DNA from: Dehalococcoidia bacterium
GTDB lineage: Bacteria; Chloroflexota; Dehalococcoidia; UBA6926
Length of the DNA: 64,000 bases
Assembly (NCBI GenBank): GCA_963665385.1
Contig: OY762213.1
Span: 325,793 to 389,792 of the forward strand
Direction of reading: 5' to 3'
Shown here in pieces: positions 29,185 through 38,981 of the stretch (position 1 is its first letter; the number at the start of each line of letters is the position of its first letter). The notes under the pieces were generated by a model. That model worked only from the letters and a program-made list of their open reading frames with translations, made no database searches and had not been told where the DNA came from. Position numbers and translations under genes: made by a program.

Positions 29185-30447
29185 ATGAGCACAAATGATG
29201 TTGAAGTGCTGCGTGGAGAGATTATCTCCATCGGCACGGAGATCCTGCTTGGCGCGCTGGTAGACACCAACGCCAATTACCTCGCGTCCCAACTCCCAGG
29301 CATTGGCATCGGCAACTACCGTGTCACGACCGTCGGTGACAACAAGGACCGCCTCGCCCGTGTCTTTGAAGAAGCGTGGAGTCGCTCGGACGTCGTCGTC
29401 GCCACGGGCGGCCTCGGTCCTACGGAGGATGACGTCACGCGCGAAGCCATCGCCCAATTCCTCGGTGAAGAGTTGTATTCCGACGCCACGCTTGAGAAAG
29501 AGTTGAGAGAGTTCTTTGATCGGCGCGGCATCGCCATGGCGGAGCGCAACCTCAAGCAGACCATGCTCATCCCCTCCTCACAGCCCCTGCCAAACCCACG
29601 CGGCACCGCGCCAGGCTGGTGGGTGCAAAAGGACAAAAAAATCATCATCGTCATGCCGGGCGTCCCGCGTGAGATGTACGGCATGTGGGAGGAGCAGGCT
29701 TTGCCGCGCCTCCGCCTCCAACTCATGGGCAATGACGCCGTCATCCACTCCCGCACCATCAAGACCTTCGGTCTCAGCGAGGCGAGCGTCGATGAACGAC
29801 TCGGCGAGCTGCTGCGCGGCCTCAACCCCACCATCGGTGTCTATGCGAAGTCGGACGGTATTCATATCCGCCTCTCCGCCCGCGCCTCGAGCGAACTGGA
29901 TGCGACACAACTCATCACCCCGGTCGAGGACGAAGTCAAAGACCGCCTCGCGACCCACCTTTGGGGGCAGGACGACGACACCCTTGAGGGCGTTATCCAG
30001 CGCGTCTATACCGAGCGCGGCCTGTCAGTCGCCACCATGGAATCCTGCACGGGCGGCAACCTTGCCAACATCCTCACTGACGCCCCCGGCGCGTCAGCCT
30101 ACTTCCGCGCCGCCTACGTCACCTACACCAATGAGATGAAAATCGCCATGGGCGTCCCTGCCGAGATCATCGAGAATCACGGCGCGGTCTCCGGAGAATG
30201 CGCCATCGCCATGGCAGACGCCGCCCGCGAGCGATCCGGGGCGTCCATCGGCGTCGGCATAACGGGCGTCGCCGGGCCCGGTGAGCTGGAGGGCAAGCCT
30301 GTCGGCCTCGCCTACATCGGCATCTCCGACGCAAACGACCACAAGATGCGAGAAGGACGCTACCCCGCCCAGCGCCTCGACTTCAAACTCCGCGTCGCCC
30401 GCACCGCCATGTTCGAACTCCGCGGCTGGGCCCTCGCCCGCGACTAA
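29185..30447 (+). CDS. cinA: CinA (competence/damage-inducible protein; MoCF-like N-domain + PncC-type NMN deamidase C-domain)
   Basis: N-terminal IISIGTEILLGALVDTNANYLA; C-terminal CinA domain ESCTGGNLANILTD. Confidence 0.85.
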   Translation: MSTNDVEVLRGEIISIGTEILLGALVDTNANYLASQLPGIGIGNYRVTTVGDNKDRLARVFEEAWSRSDVVVATGGLGPTEDDVTREAIAQFLGEELYSDATLEKELREFFDRRGIAMAERNLKQTMLIPSSQPLPNPRGTAPGWWVQKDKKIIIVMPGVPREMYGMWEEQALPRLRLQLMGNDAVIHSRTIKTFGLSEASVDERLGELLRGLNPTIGVYAKSDGIHIRLSARASSELDATQLITPVEDEVKDRLATHLWGQDDDTLEGVIQRVYTERGLSVATMESCTGGNLANILTDAPGASAYFRAAYVTYTNEMKIAMGVPAEIIENHGAVSGECAIAMADAARERSGASIGVGITGVAGPGELEGKPVGLAYIGISDANDHKMREGRYPAQRLDFKLRVARTAMFELRGWALARD

Positions 30448-30458
30448 TCATGCCTTCC

Positions 30459-30701
30459 GTCGTTCCCGTGCTTGACACGGGAACCCAGCCCCCCGTTCAT
30501 CCTGAGCCTGTCGAAGGGTGACCCTCTCCCGTCACCCCCGCCCCCTCTTCGTCATTCCCGCGCAGGCGGGAATCTGAATCACGGTATGCAGCCAACCTCC
30601 GTGACGCTCCCCCCTCATTCCGGCGAATGCCGGAATCCATCGGAACTCCCCGCATGGTGGACTGGCCTAGCGGTCTGTCATTCTGAGCGCAGCGAAGAAT
30701 C
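30459..30701. repeat. Dense cluster of five hairpin repeats (R1 variant, R2, R1, R1', R3)
   Basis: gttcccgtg-cttga-cacgggaac; catcctgagcctgtcgaagggtg; cattcccgcgcaggcgggaatc; cattccggcgaatgccggaatc; gtcattctgagcgcagcgaagaatcc. Confidence 0.7.
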
Positions 30702-30767
30702 CAAGACCGTGTTTGACACAGCAGATGTACACATCACCATGTATGTACTACGTGAGAGGAGTAAACC

Positions 30768-31571
30768 GTGGACCTATTGGAGGCATGGAAGAATTGGCAA
30801 CCGGGCGACAACCCGCCGTACGCATTGGAGATGGATGCCGACGAATTGAATTCACGCCGCTGGCAAAGAAAGGCCGTAACTTTCACACCGGATCAGGCCA
30901 GAGAAGATACCGCTCTGTCGCAGGCAATTAACGACCGCCGGTTGCACTTGGGCCTGTTCCCGCTTCCATTCATTGGGGATCTCAAAAACGCCTCAATCTA
31001 CGTGCTGATGGCAAACCCGGGTCTCAACCATAGCGATTATGACAACGTGACGGACGGCGACGCGAATTGGTTGCGGGGCCAACTCACACAAGAATTCGGC
31101 GACTCATTGCCATTCGGAACAGCGTTTGACCCGAAAAATGTGGAAAAGGGAGGCAAGGACTATACGCGTGACAAATTGAAGCGGACGGTAGAATTCATCG
31201 CCGAGCGCAGCGCAAGGTCCTATTCCGAAACTCTCAAGGAATTCGCCTTGAAGCTCGCCGTCATCCAGCTGGTTCCTTACCACAGCAAGAAATTCGTTAG
31301 TGGGGCGAACATGCTGCCGTCCGCTGACCTCGTGGTCAAATTCGTCAAAAACACAGTCGTGCCGCGTGTCAGGAATGGAGAAGCAATCCTGATTGTCACC
31401 CGGCGCATCAAGGATTGGAACCGCAATCAGGGCCTGCCGAGAGACCTTGTCGATGCTGGGCGTATAGTGCTTTACGATAGGCCGGGCGAACCCCTTTCGG
31501 CGTCCTTGGGCCCCCGCTCTCGCGGCGGCAAGGCAATCCTCCGCCACTTTGGCATTCCCGCAGACGACTAA
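30768..31571 (+). CDS. Hypothetical protein in lower-GC patch
   Basis: 267-aa ORF, about 53% GC, directly after repeat cluster; no confident motif. Confidence 0.4.
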   Translation: MDLLEAWKNWQPGDNPPYALEMDADELNSRRWQRKAVTFTPDQAREDTALSQAINDRRLHLGLFPLPFIGDLKNASIYVLMANPGLNHSDYDNVTDGDANWLRGQLTQEFGDSLPFGTAFDPKNVEKGGKDYTRDKLKRTVEFIAERSARSYSETLKEFALKLAVIQLVPYHSKKFVSGANMLPSADLVVKFVKNTVVPRVRNGEAILIVTRRIKDWNRNQGLPRDLVDAGRIVLYDRPGEPLSASLGPRSRGGKAILRHFGIPADD

Positions 31572-31619
31572 CCCTCCACGCACCTTGACCCCCCGTCTAC
31601 AATGGGACGGACAAGCGCA

Positions 31620-32603
31620 ATGCGACAGATTGGCATTCTCACCAGCGGGGGAGACGCGTCCGGAATGAACGCGGCGATTCGTGCCGTCGTCCGTGCAGCT
31701 GCGTCCGTTGGTATCCGCAGCCTTGGAATCCGCAACGGCTTTGACGGCCTCATGCGCGGCGATTTCCAGCGACTTGGCCCTCGCTCCGTCGCCCACATCC
31801 TCCAGCGCGGCGGCACCATTCTCGGAACCGCTCGCGCCCCCGATATCGAGACCGAAGACGGACGTTCCCGCGCTGCGGAACAGATGGAAGCGTCCGGGCT
31901 CGACGGGCTCGTCCTGATCGGAGGGGAGGGGACTCTGAGGGCCGGTCTTAAACTCCACGAGGAACAGGGAAGCAAGATCGTTGCTATCCCCGCCACCATC
32001 GACAACGATATCGCCGGCGTGGACATGTGCATCGGCTTCGACACCGCCGTCAACGCCGCTGTCGAGGCGATGGATCGCATCCGCGACACCGCCGAATCCA
32101 GCGGCCGCGTCTTCTTCGTTGAGGTCATGGGTCGCACCCGCGGCCTCATAGCCCTCTATGCCGGCCTCTCCGGCGGCGCGGACGCAATCGTCATCCCCGA
32201 AGAACATGAAGATATCGATGTCCTGTGCCGCCGCCTTGTCACGGCGCACCGGGGCGGCAAACGCAGCCTGCTCGTTGTCGTGGCGGAAGGCGAAGAGGCA
32301 GGTGGCGCGTTCTCAGTTGCCGACAAAGTTCAGCAGCAACTCAACGGCAGGTTGCAAGTGGATTACCGCGTGACAGTGCTCGGACACCTCCAGCGTGGTG
32401 GCGTGCCGACGGCGGCGGACAGGATTCTCGGCACTGTGCTTGGCGCCGCCGCCGTGGAATGTCTCAATGACGGCCTCGATCACCACATGGTCAGCGAGGT
32501 GGGCAACACCCCCGTCTTCACCCCACTTGAAGACGTGCTTGCAACAACCAAGGAACTCCCGTCAGACCTGATGCACCTGCTCCACACCGTCGGCCAGTCA
32601 TAG
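31620..32603 (+). CDS. pfkA: ATP-dependent 6-phosphofructokinase
   Basis: MRQIGILTSGGDASGMNAAIRAVV; GGEGTLRGA-like; MGRxxG motif VEVMGRTRG. Confidence 0.9.
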   Translation: MRQIGILTSGGDASGMNAAIRAVVRAAASVGIRSLGIRNGFDGLMRGDFQRLGPRSVAHILQRGGTILGTARAPDIETEDGRSRAAEQMEASGLDGLVLIGGEGTLRAGLKLHEEQGSKIVAIPATIDNDIAGVDMCIGFDTAVNAAVEAMDRIRDTAESSGRVFFVEVMGRTRGLIALYAGLSGGADAIVIPEEHEDIDVLCRRLVTAHRGGKRSLLVVVAEGEEAGGAFSVADKVQQQLNGRLQVDYRVTVLGHLQRGGVPTAADRILGTVLGAAAVECLNDGLDHHMVSEVGNTPVFTPLEDVLATTKELPSDLMHLLHTVGQS

Positions 32604-32969
32604 GCCTAGCCCCTTCAATTGCGCGCTGATAAACTCAGCGATCCCACGAAGCCCTTTCCTCCCTGATGTAGTCGTCAACGTCCTTGGCAGACTTGAATAG
32701 TAGGTGGCCCGGCGCCTCCGCCATGATGTCCGCAATCGAACGCTTCTTTGGCGTGGGTTCTTCTGACGCGGGTGCAATCGTCACGTCGACGTCCTCGCCC
32801 TCGGTCATCCTCCGAGGTCAATATTAACGCAATCGACCGAAAGTGGCGGCTGCTTCTTGTCCGCAAGGCGCCACGCCGCCGAAGCTCCACCCGAATAGGC
32901 GTATACTTATGTTCTCGCTACGAATCAGTAAATCGTCATATCGCTCTCGTTAATCGACAGGACACTTTC

Positions 32970-34517
32970 ATGGCATCTCAGGCAGGGCAGAGGCCGGGCG
33001 ACGGCCCGCCCGCGGCAGGCGGCCCCCCCAATGGCGGCCCTGGTGGTCCACCAGGAGGATGGGGCGGCGGAGCACCCGTCAATGAGGCAGGCGGCCCGTT
33101 CCGCGCATTCCAGTCAAGGAGCTACACGTATTACTGGGTCGGCTCCATCCTCTCAATCACCTCATTCTTCATGCTCATCATCGCCCGTGGATGGTTGACA
33201 TTCGACCTCACAGACTCTGAACTGTGGGTGACGCTTATCAGTGCCGCGTCGCTCCTTCCCGCGCTTTCCCTCTCCGTATTTGGCGGCGTCATCGCTGATC
33301 GATTCAACCGCAAGCACATCCTGATCGCCAGCGATGTCTCCAACTTCCTTACCCATATCACGCTGGCCTTGCTTGTCCTGACCGGCCTCATCAACGAGTG
33401 GCATCTGCTTGCGCTCTCACTTATACATGGCACGATGTTCGCGCTCTCGTCGCCCGCGCGGTTCTCCATGGTGCCAAGCCTCGTGCCGCCACAGCACATT
33501 GCCAACGCTACGGCGCTGTCATCAATCATGTTCAGCGGAGGCGCGCTGATTGGACCGGTCACCGCTGGATTCCTGCTGGACGTTGATCCGTCGTTGGCGT
33601 TCTTTGCGGGAGCCGCGCTTGTGGGTGTGTCCGTGCCGCTTTTTATGCTGATCCGGCTTTCCGCGGCGCCGGCTTGGGGACAAGGACAGCCCAAAGGCAG
33701 CGTAATCGAGAACATCACAGAAGGGCTGCGGCATATACGACACAGCCGTATCCTGCTTGGGCTCATCCTGCTTGGCATGATTGCCACGTTCTTCGGAATG
33801 CCCTATCAGACACTGCTGCCGGTCTTTGCGGAGGAAGTGTTGGAGGCGGGGCCGGCCGGTCTTGGCTACCTGGGCATGGCAGGCGGCATCGGCGGCACAA
33901 TCGGATCCCTCCTCATCGCCACATTCAGTTCCGTCAATCAACTCAAGATGTGGCTGTCCATCGGCGCCATAGGCGTTGGGCTGATGATTGCCGGATTCTC
34001 GCAGGCGACGGCCTTTGCGGAATTCCTCGGACTGGAGCTGTCAGGCCCAACATCGGGAGCGTTCATGATCGCGCTTGTCTTCGCGGCGATAGCAGGCTGG
34101 TTCTTCCAGCTTGTAATGACGGGGAATTTCTCACTGGTGCAGGTTTTGACACCTGACCACCTGCGCGGACGCGTGATGAGCGTCAGGCTCATCGTCTTCG
34201 GATTTCAGCCCCTCGCCCTGCTCATCACCGGCGTCATTGCAGAGCTGTACGGCGCCCCGCTTGCCGTCACGCTAACGGGCCTTGGCGCATTCTTCTGTTC
34301 CATCGCCCTGCTCGCATTCTTCCCGCAGCTTCGCACACGCGGGACAGAGACCGTACAGGTTCCCGGTGGGCATGGAGGCCCGCCACCTGGTCGCAGCGGC
34401 CCGCCCAACGGCGCGGTTGACGGACACGCCGGCCAGTCCACGGACGGAGAAGTTCCTGCTGGCCGACCACCCGCCGCGGTCGCCGAACGACCCGGCGGCT
34501 CCCCCTCAACCGACTAA
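32970..34517 (+). CDS. MFS transporter with Pro/Gly-rich N-terminal extension
   Basis: 12 TM helices; low-complexity PGG-rich N- and C-termini. Confidence 0.7.
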   Translation: MASQAGQRPGDGPPAAGGPPNGGPGGPPGGWGGGAPVNEAGGPFRAFQSRSYTYYWVGSILSITSFFMLIIARGWLTFDLTDSELWVTLISAASLLPALSLSVFGGVIADRFNRKHILIASDVSNFLTHITLALLVLTGLINEWHLLALSLIHGTMFALSSPARFSMVPSLVPPQHIANATALSSIMFSGGALIGPVTAGFLLDVDPSLAFFAGAALVGVSVPLFMLIRLSAAPAWGQGQPKGSVIENITEGLRHIRHSRILLGLILLGMIATFFGMPYQTLLPVFAEEVLEAGPAGLGYLGMAGGIGGTIGSLLIATFSSVNQLKMWLSIGAIGVGLMIAGFSQATAFAEFLGLELSGPTSGAFMIALVFAAIAGWFFQLVMTGNFSLVQVLTPDHLRGRVMSVRLIVFGFQPLALLITGVIAELYGAPLAVTLTGLGAFFCSIALLAFFPQLRTRGTETVQVPGGHGGPPPGRSGPPNGAVDGHAGQSTDGEVPAGRPPAAVAERPGGSPSTD

Positions 34518-34533
34518 CCGATACCCGTCGGCT

Positions 34534-35853
34534 TCATCTCCGCGTACCGCTTGACTCCGGCTCCGGCGGGATGATGACACGCCCGCGCGGGCGGACGATT
34601 CCTGGCCTCGGCAACACGACAAATACAAGGATCATTGCGAGGAAACTGAACGTCGCGAACAACAGGAAACCGTTCTGCATCCCGCCCAGATACTCATCGG
34701 ACAGCGTTGCCACATACGGCGACACAGATACTGCCATCGCCACCATCGTCCACAGAAAGCCCTGTGCCGCCCCGAACGCCCGCCGACCGAAGTACGTCGC
34801 AAGTAGCGCCGGCTGCAGCACGATGATTGCGCCGAACCCCGGAGAGAACGCGACAAAGAACAGTATCAGATACCAGTTCGCCTCCGGCCTGCTCAGGGCA
34901 AATGCCGCGATGCCGATGGCCTGCAGGAGCGTCGCAATAACCGTCCCCCGCCTCGGATCCATTTTGTCGGCCATCCAACCGCCCCCAACCCGCCCGACGA
35001 TCGTTATCAGCGCCATCGCCCCCACGGCGTCAGCCGCCGCCAGCCGCGAATAACCGGCGTCCTCCATGAACGGCGCTTGGTGGATTTGCAACGCGCCGAT
35101 TGGCCAGAACGAGAGGAACATCAGCAGGGACAGGAACCAAAACGTTGGCGTTCGAAGAACTTGTGTGAACGTCAGGCCGTATAGAATCGGCCCCTGCAAA
35201 GCGCCGGAGGCGTCCGCGCCCTCCGCCTCGTCTCCGTCCGGCCTCATTCCGTAATCCTCCGGTGATCGACGCAGCACGAACGCCATCGGCAAGAGGACGA
35301 TTATGATGATGGCTGCCATAAGGAGGAATGAGTCCCGCCAGCCGATCGCCTCCATCACGTACAGAGACGGACGCGTGAGAATACCGCCCGCCCCGAGCCC
35401 CACAACCGTGATCCCCACCGCGCGACCCCTCATGCGGTCGAACCAATTGACGACCGCTGAGACCCCACCGGCAAAGAAGACGATTGGCCCCAAGCCCGCC
35501 AACGTCAGGCCGATGTACAGGTGCCACGGCTCCGTCATCACGCCCATGATTGCGAACCCCGCCGCCCCCAGCAGCATCCCGCCGCCGACAACCGGCTTTG
35601 GCCCGCTCTTATCAAAGAATCCGCCCAAAAGCGGCGACACCACCGCGCCTAAAACGGTAGCCACGATGAACGCCGGCTCAATGGCAGCGCCCACGTCGGG
35701 AATGTCCTCACGGATGGGTGTTACAAAGAGCGTGAAGTCATAGAAAAAGAAACCGCTATAGATGAAAGCGACCATAAACGCAGCCAGCACGATCCACCAA
35801 CCGTAGAAAATCGACGTTGGCGATGGCACACGAAACCCGCTGCGTTGTTGCAT
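34534..35853 (-). CDS. MFS transporter, oxalate:formate antiporter (OFA)-like
   Basis: IFYGWWIVLAAF N-terminal motif shared with the two downstream paralogs. Confidence 0.7.
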   Translation of the reverse strand: MQQRSGFRVPSPTSIFYGWWIVLAAFMVAFIYSGFFFYDFTLFVTPIREDIPDVGAAIEPAFIVATVLGAVVSPLLGGFFDKSGPKPVVGGGMLLGAAGFAIMGVMTEPWHLYIGLTLAGLGPIVFFAGGVSAVVNWFDRMRGRAVGITVVGLGAGGILTRPSLYVMEAIGWRDSFLLMAAIIIIVLLPMAFVLRRSPEDYGMRPDGDEAEGADASGALQGPILYGLTFTQVLRTPTFWFLSLLMFLSFWPIGALQIHQAPFMEDAGYSRLAAADAVGAMALITIVGRVGGGWMADKMDPRRGTVIATLLQAIGIAAFALSRPEANWYLILFFVAFSPGFGAIIVLQPALLATYFGRRAFGAAQGFLWTMVAMAVSVSPYVATLSDEYLGGMQNGFLLFATFSFLAMILVFVVLPRPGIVRPRGRVIIPPEPESSGTRR

Positions 35854-35984
35854 TCCTGAACGTCCTGCGCGTGAGTTCGGAGAAAACCGCGTCTACCCGA
35901 CAATGCGAATGAAAGCTCATATAGCCTAGCATTCGCGCCCAACACCTCGTACTTGGGGTGACATAAGGGGCGTACCATGGATGA

Positions 35985-37391
35985 GTGACTGTCCCCAACG
36001 GTATGCCACCGCATGGCGCCATCGTTCCTAAGAAAAAGCCGCGTATCTTCTACGGCTGGTGGATTGTCATTGCCTCGGTCTTTCTAAACATCGTCTTTGG
36101 TGGAATCCTCTTCTACGGTTTCACCCTTGTGATTGATCCAATCACCGAGGAGATGAACTGGACCAAGACGCAGATTACCGCCGCCTATCTCTTCATGGGC
36201 TTGGGTATCGGAATCCTCGCCCCGTTGCTTGGTTGGATGTTTGACAAGGTTGGCCCGAGGCCGCTCCTCGCTTTTGGCCTGACGGGACTCGGATTCAGCC
36301 TCATCATGCTCCACTCCGTGGACAGTCTTTTTTGGTTCTACCTCTGGTTCTCGCTCGCCAACGCCAGCTCCGTTGGCATGTGGATGGCTGTCGGCCCGGC
36401 CGTCGCAAACTGGTTCGTGCGAATGCGTGGCCGCGCCGTTGGCATCTACTCCCTCGGATTCGCCTTCGCCGGATTCATGGCCCCGCCCTTCCTGTGGCTC
36501 GTTGACGGCGTCGACTACGGATGGCTCGTCTTTGCCGGTGTCGGATGGCGGGATGCGTTCTTCATTGCCGGTATTGTCTTCCTCATCATGATGCCGTTCG
36601 CAGTGCTCATAATCCGGCATCGCCCCGAGGACCTCGGCCTCTACCCGGACGGCGCGGACGAGCCACCGGCAGAAGCCTCGATGTCGCCCGGCGCCCAGGT
36701 CTCCGACGATGTTGAGGTCAATTCCACCGCGTCGCAGGCGCTCAGGACATCGGCATTCTGGCTGCTCGCCGTCGCATCCGCCTTCGGGTTCCTGGCGATT
36801 GCCACCCTGCAAGTTCACTGGGTGCCGTATCTCGGCAGCACGGGATTCACACGCGAGACTGCGGCGTTTTACTTGACCCTTCTGCCTCTGAGCACCGTCA
36901 TGGGCAGGCTCACTTTCGGATTCCTCGCCGATTTCATGGACAAGCGGCGTGTGACCGCTCTCGCTTTCGGTGTTCAGGCCTGTGCCGTCTTCACGCTTGC
37001 ATGGGTGGATGAATCGCGCCAATGGAGCATTTTCCTCTTCCTTGGTTTCTGGGGCTTCGGCTTTGGAGGCACGGTGGTCACGCGAATGGCATTGCAGGGC
37101 TTCCTCTTTGGCCGCAACTCATTTGGCGCGCTTCAGGGCGCGCTTTCCATGACCAGCGAGGCCGGCTTTGCCCTGGCGCCCTTCATTGCCAGCATGGTCT
37201 TTGAAGGTTTGGGCACCTATCGCCCTGCCTTCCTCGCCTTCGCTTTCCTCTGCTTTATGTCCGTCCCGCTAACCCTCTTGATCCGACGCCCCGGGCTGGC
37301 CGCGAGAGGATTCGTCCCGGCCATCCGCACGGACGACGATATAGAAGAGACTGCCGACGAGGAGCCCGCCCCGGTACCGCGCGCCCCATAG
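35985..37391 (+). CDS. MFS transporter, OFA-like (paralog 2)
   Basis: KKPRIFYGWWIVIASVFLNIVFGGILFYGFTLVIDPITEEM; GTG start (ATG 36003 alternative). Confidence 0.7.
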   Translation: MTVPNGMPPHGAIVPKKKPRIFYGWWIVIASVFLNIVFGGILFYGFTLVIDPITEEMNWTKTQITAAYLFMGLGIGILAPLLGWMFDKVGPRPLLAFGLTGLGFSLIMLHSVDSLFWFYLWFSLANASSVGMWMAVGPAVANWFVRMRGRAVGIYSLGFAFAGFMAPPFLWLVDGVDYGWLVFAGVGWRDAFFIAGIVFLIMMPFAVLIIRHRPEDLGLYPDGADEPPAEASMSPGAQVSDDVEVNSTASQALRTSAFWLLAVASAFGFLAIATLQVHWVPYLGSTGFTRETAAFYLTLLPLSTVMGRLTFGFLADFMDKRRVTALAFGVQACAVFTLAWVDESRQWSIFLFLGFWGFGFGGTVVTRMALQGFLFGRNSFGALQGALSMTSEAGFALAPFIASMVFEGLGTYRPAFLAFAFLCFMSVPLTLLIRRPGLAARGFVPAIRTDDDIEETADEEPAPVPRAP

Positions 37392-37586
37392 TCGCCCCGT
37401 ACCCACACTCCCTCCCCGCCATTCCCCAACACTCCCGACACGCCACTACGCGGAAAACCAGACATCAAGCACGGCATGTCGGGGCCACCGGTCTATGACC
37501 GTCAATGCCGGAACGCGGAGTCAAACCTCATAGGCAAATCAAAGTTGACCGCGAGCCGAGAAAACAAAGGGGCGTACCATTGATGA

Positions 37587-38981
37587 ATGGCAAGCCCTAA
37601 CGGCGTCCAGCCGCCCACCGGTTACATAACGCGCAAGAAGCCGCGCATCTTCTACGGCTGGTGGATTGTCATCGCCGCCGTCCTCCTGAACATCCTGCAG
37701 GGCGGCATCCTGTTCTACGGGTTCACCCTTGTGTTGGACCCGGTGACGGAAGAAATGGGCTGGACCAAGACCCAGTTGACCATCGCCTATCCCATCATGG
37801 GCATTGTTATTGGCATCTTCTCGCCATTCCTGGGCGGGCTGTTTGACCGGATCGGACCCCGACCATTGATCGGCGGCGGCATGGTCATCGTCGCCGTGAG
37901 CATGATAATGCTCCATTACGTTCAGAGCCTCCCCATGTTCTACCTGTGGTTCTCACTGCTGAACCTCGGCTCCATGGGAATCTGGCTTTCCGTTGGGCCC
38001 ACGGTGGCCAACTGGTTCGTGCGTGCTCGCGGCCGCGCGCTCGGCACCTATTCGCTGGGATTTGCGTTGGCCGGCCTCATTGCCCCACCCCTGTTCTGGC
38101 TGATCGACGGTGGAGTGATTCTAGGATTTGAATTTGATGGCCTGGGATGGAGGGACACCTTCTTCATTCTTGGCGTGATGTTTCTGGTTCTTATGCCGGT
38201 CACCATTCTCATCTTTCGACACCGGCCCGAGAACATGGGCCTCTATCCGGATGGGGCTGACTATCCCCCGCTAGAGGTCAGCCCGGGTGCGGAGATGTCG
38301 GACGACGCCGAGATGACCACGACGGCCATGCAGGCGCTGCGTTCCCAGGCCTTCTGGTTGATGGCGATCTGTTCAGGCCTGACATTCCTCACGATTGCGA
38401 CCTTAACCGTGCATTGGGTGCCCTACATGGGCAGCATCGGCATGGAGCGTGAGGCCGCGGCATTCTTCTTGCCGCTGCTGCCGCTTGGAACAGTGCTTGG
38501 GCGGATCACGTTCGGGTTCCTCGCCGATCTGTATGACAAGAAGCGCGTCACGGCGCTTGCCTTCTGTGTGCAGGCGGCGGCTGTGCTCATGCTCTCCCAG
38601 GTCGATGCCGCGCGCGAGTGGACGCTCTTCGTTTTCCTAGTCTTGTGGGGATTCGGTTTCGGAGGCACGATCGTCGCGCGAATGGCGCTGCAGGGCTATC
38701 TCTTTGGCCGCAACTCATTCGGCGCGCTGCAGGGCTTGCTGTCAATGACCACTGAGGCGGGTTTCGCGTTGTCTCCGCTCATTGCGAGCATCGTGTTTGA
38801 GGATATAGGCACCTATCGCCCGGTGTTCCTGGCATTTGCCGTGCTGGCCTTCATCGCCGCGCCATTGACAATGCTCATCCGCCGACCCACGCCGCAATTT
38901 GCCATCGGATACGCAACGGCCCAGCCTGCCGACGGCGAGCCTGAAACGCCCACTCCCGCCGCTGCCCGCGAAGACTCCTAG
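37587..38981 (+). CDS. MFS transporter, OFA-like (paralog 3)
   Basis: About 60% identical to 35985 gene including conserved 5' leader AAGGGGCGTACCAT. Confidence 0.7.
   Translation: MASPNGVQPPTGYITRKKPRIFYGWWIVIAAVLLNILQGGILFYGFTLVLDPVTEEMGWTKTQLTIAYPIMGIVIGIFSPFLGGLFDRIGPRPLIGGGMVIVAVSMIMLHYVQSLPMFYLWFSLLNLGSMGIWLSVGPTVANWFVRARGRALGTYSLGFALAGLIAPPLFWLIDGGVILGFEFDGLGWRDTFFILGVMFLVLMPVTILIFRHRPENMGLYPDGADYPPLEVSPGAEMSDDAEMTTTAMQALRSQAFWLMAICSGLTFLTIATLTVHWVPYMGSIGMEREAAAFFLPLLPLGTVLGRITFGFLADLYDKKRVTALAFCVQAAAVLMLSQVDAAREWTLFVFLVLWGFGFGGTIVARMALQGYLFGRNSFGALQGLLSMTTEAGFALSPLIASIVFEDIGTYRPVFLAFAVLAFIAAPLTMLIRRPTPQFAIGYATAQPADGEPETPTPAAAREDS

Noticed and set aside
31104-32249. 381-aa minus-strand ORF
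   Set aside because: Completely overlaps pfkA on the opposite strand. It is a high-GC artefact with no motifs.
36084-37022. 312-aa minus-strand ORF
   Set aside because: Antisense to the OFA-type MFS gene at 35985-37391.
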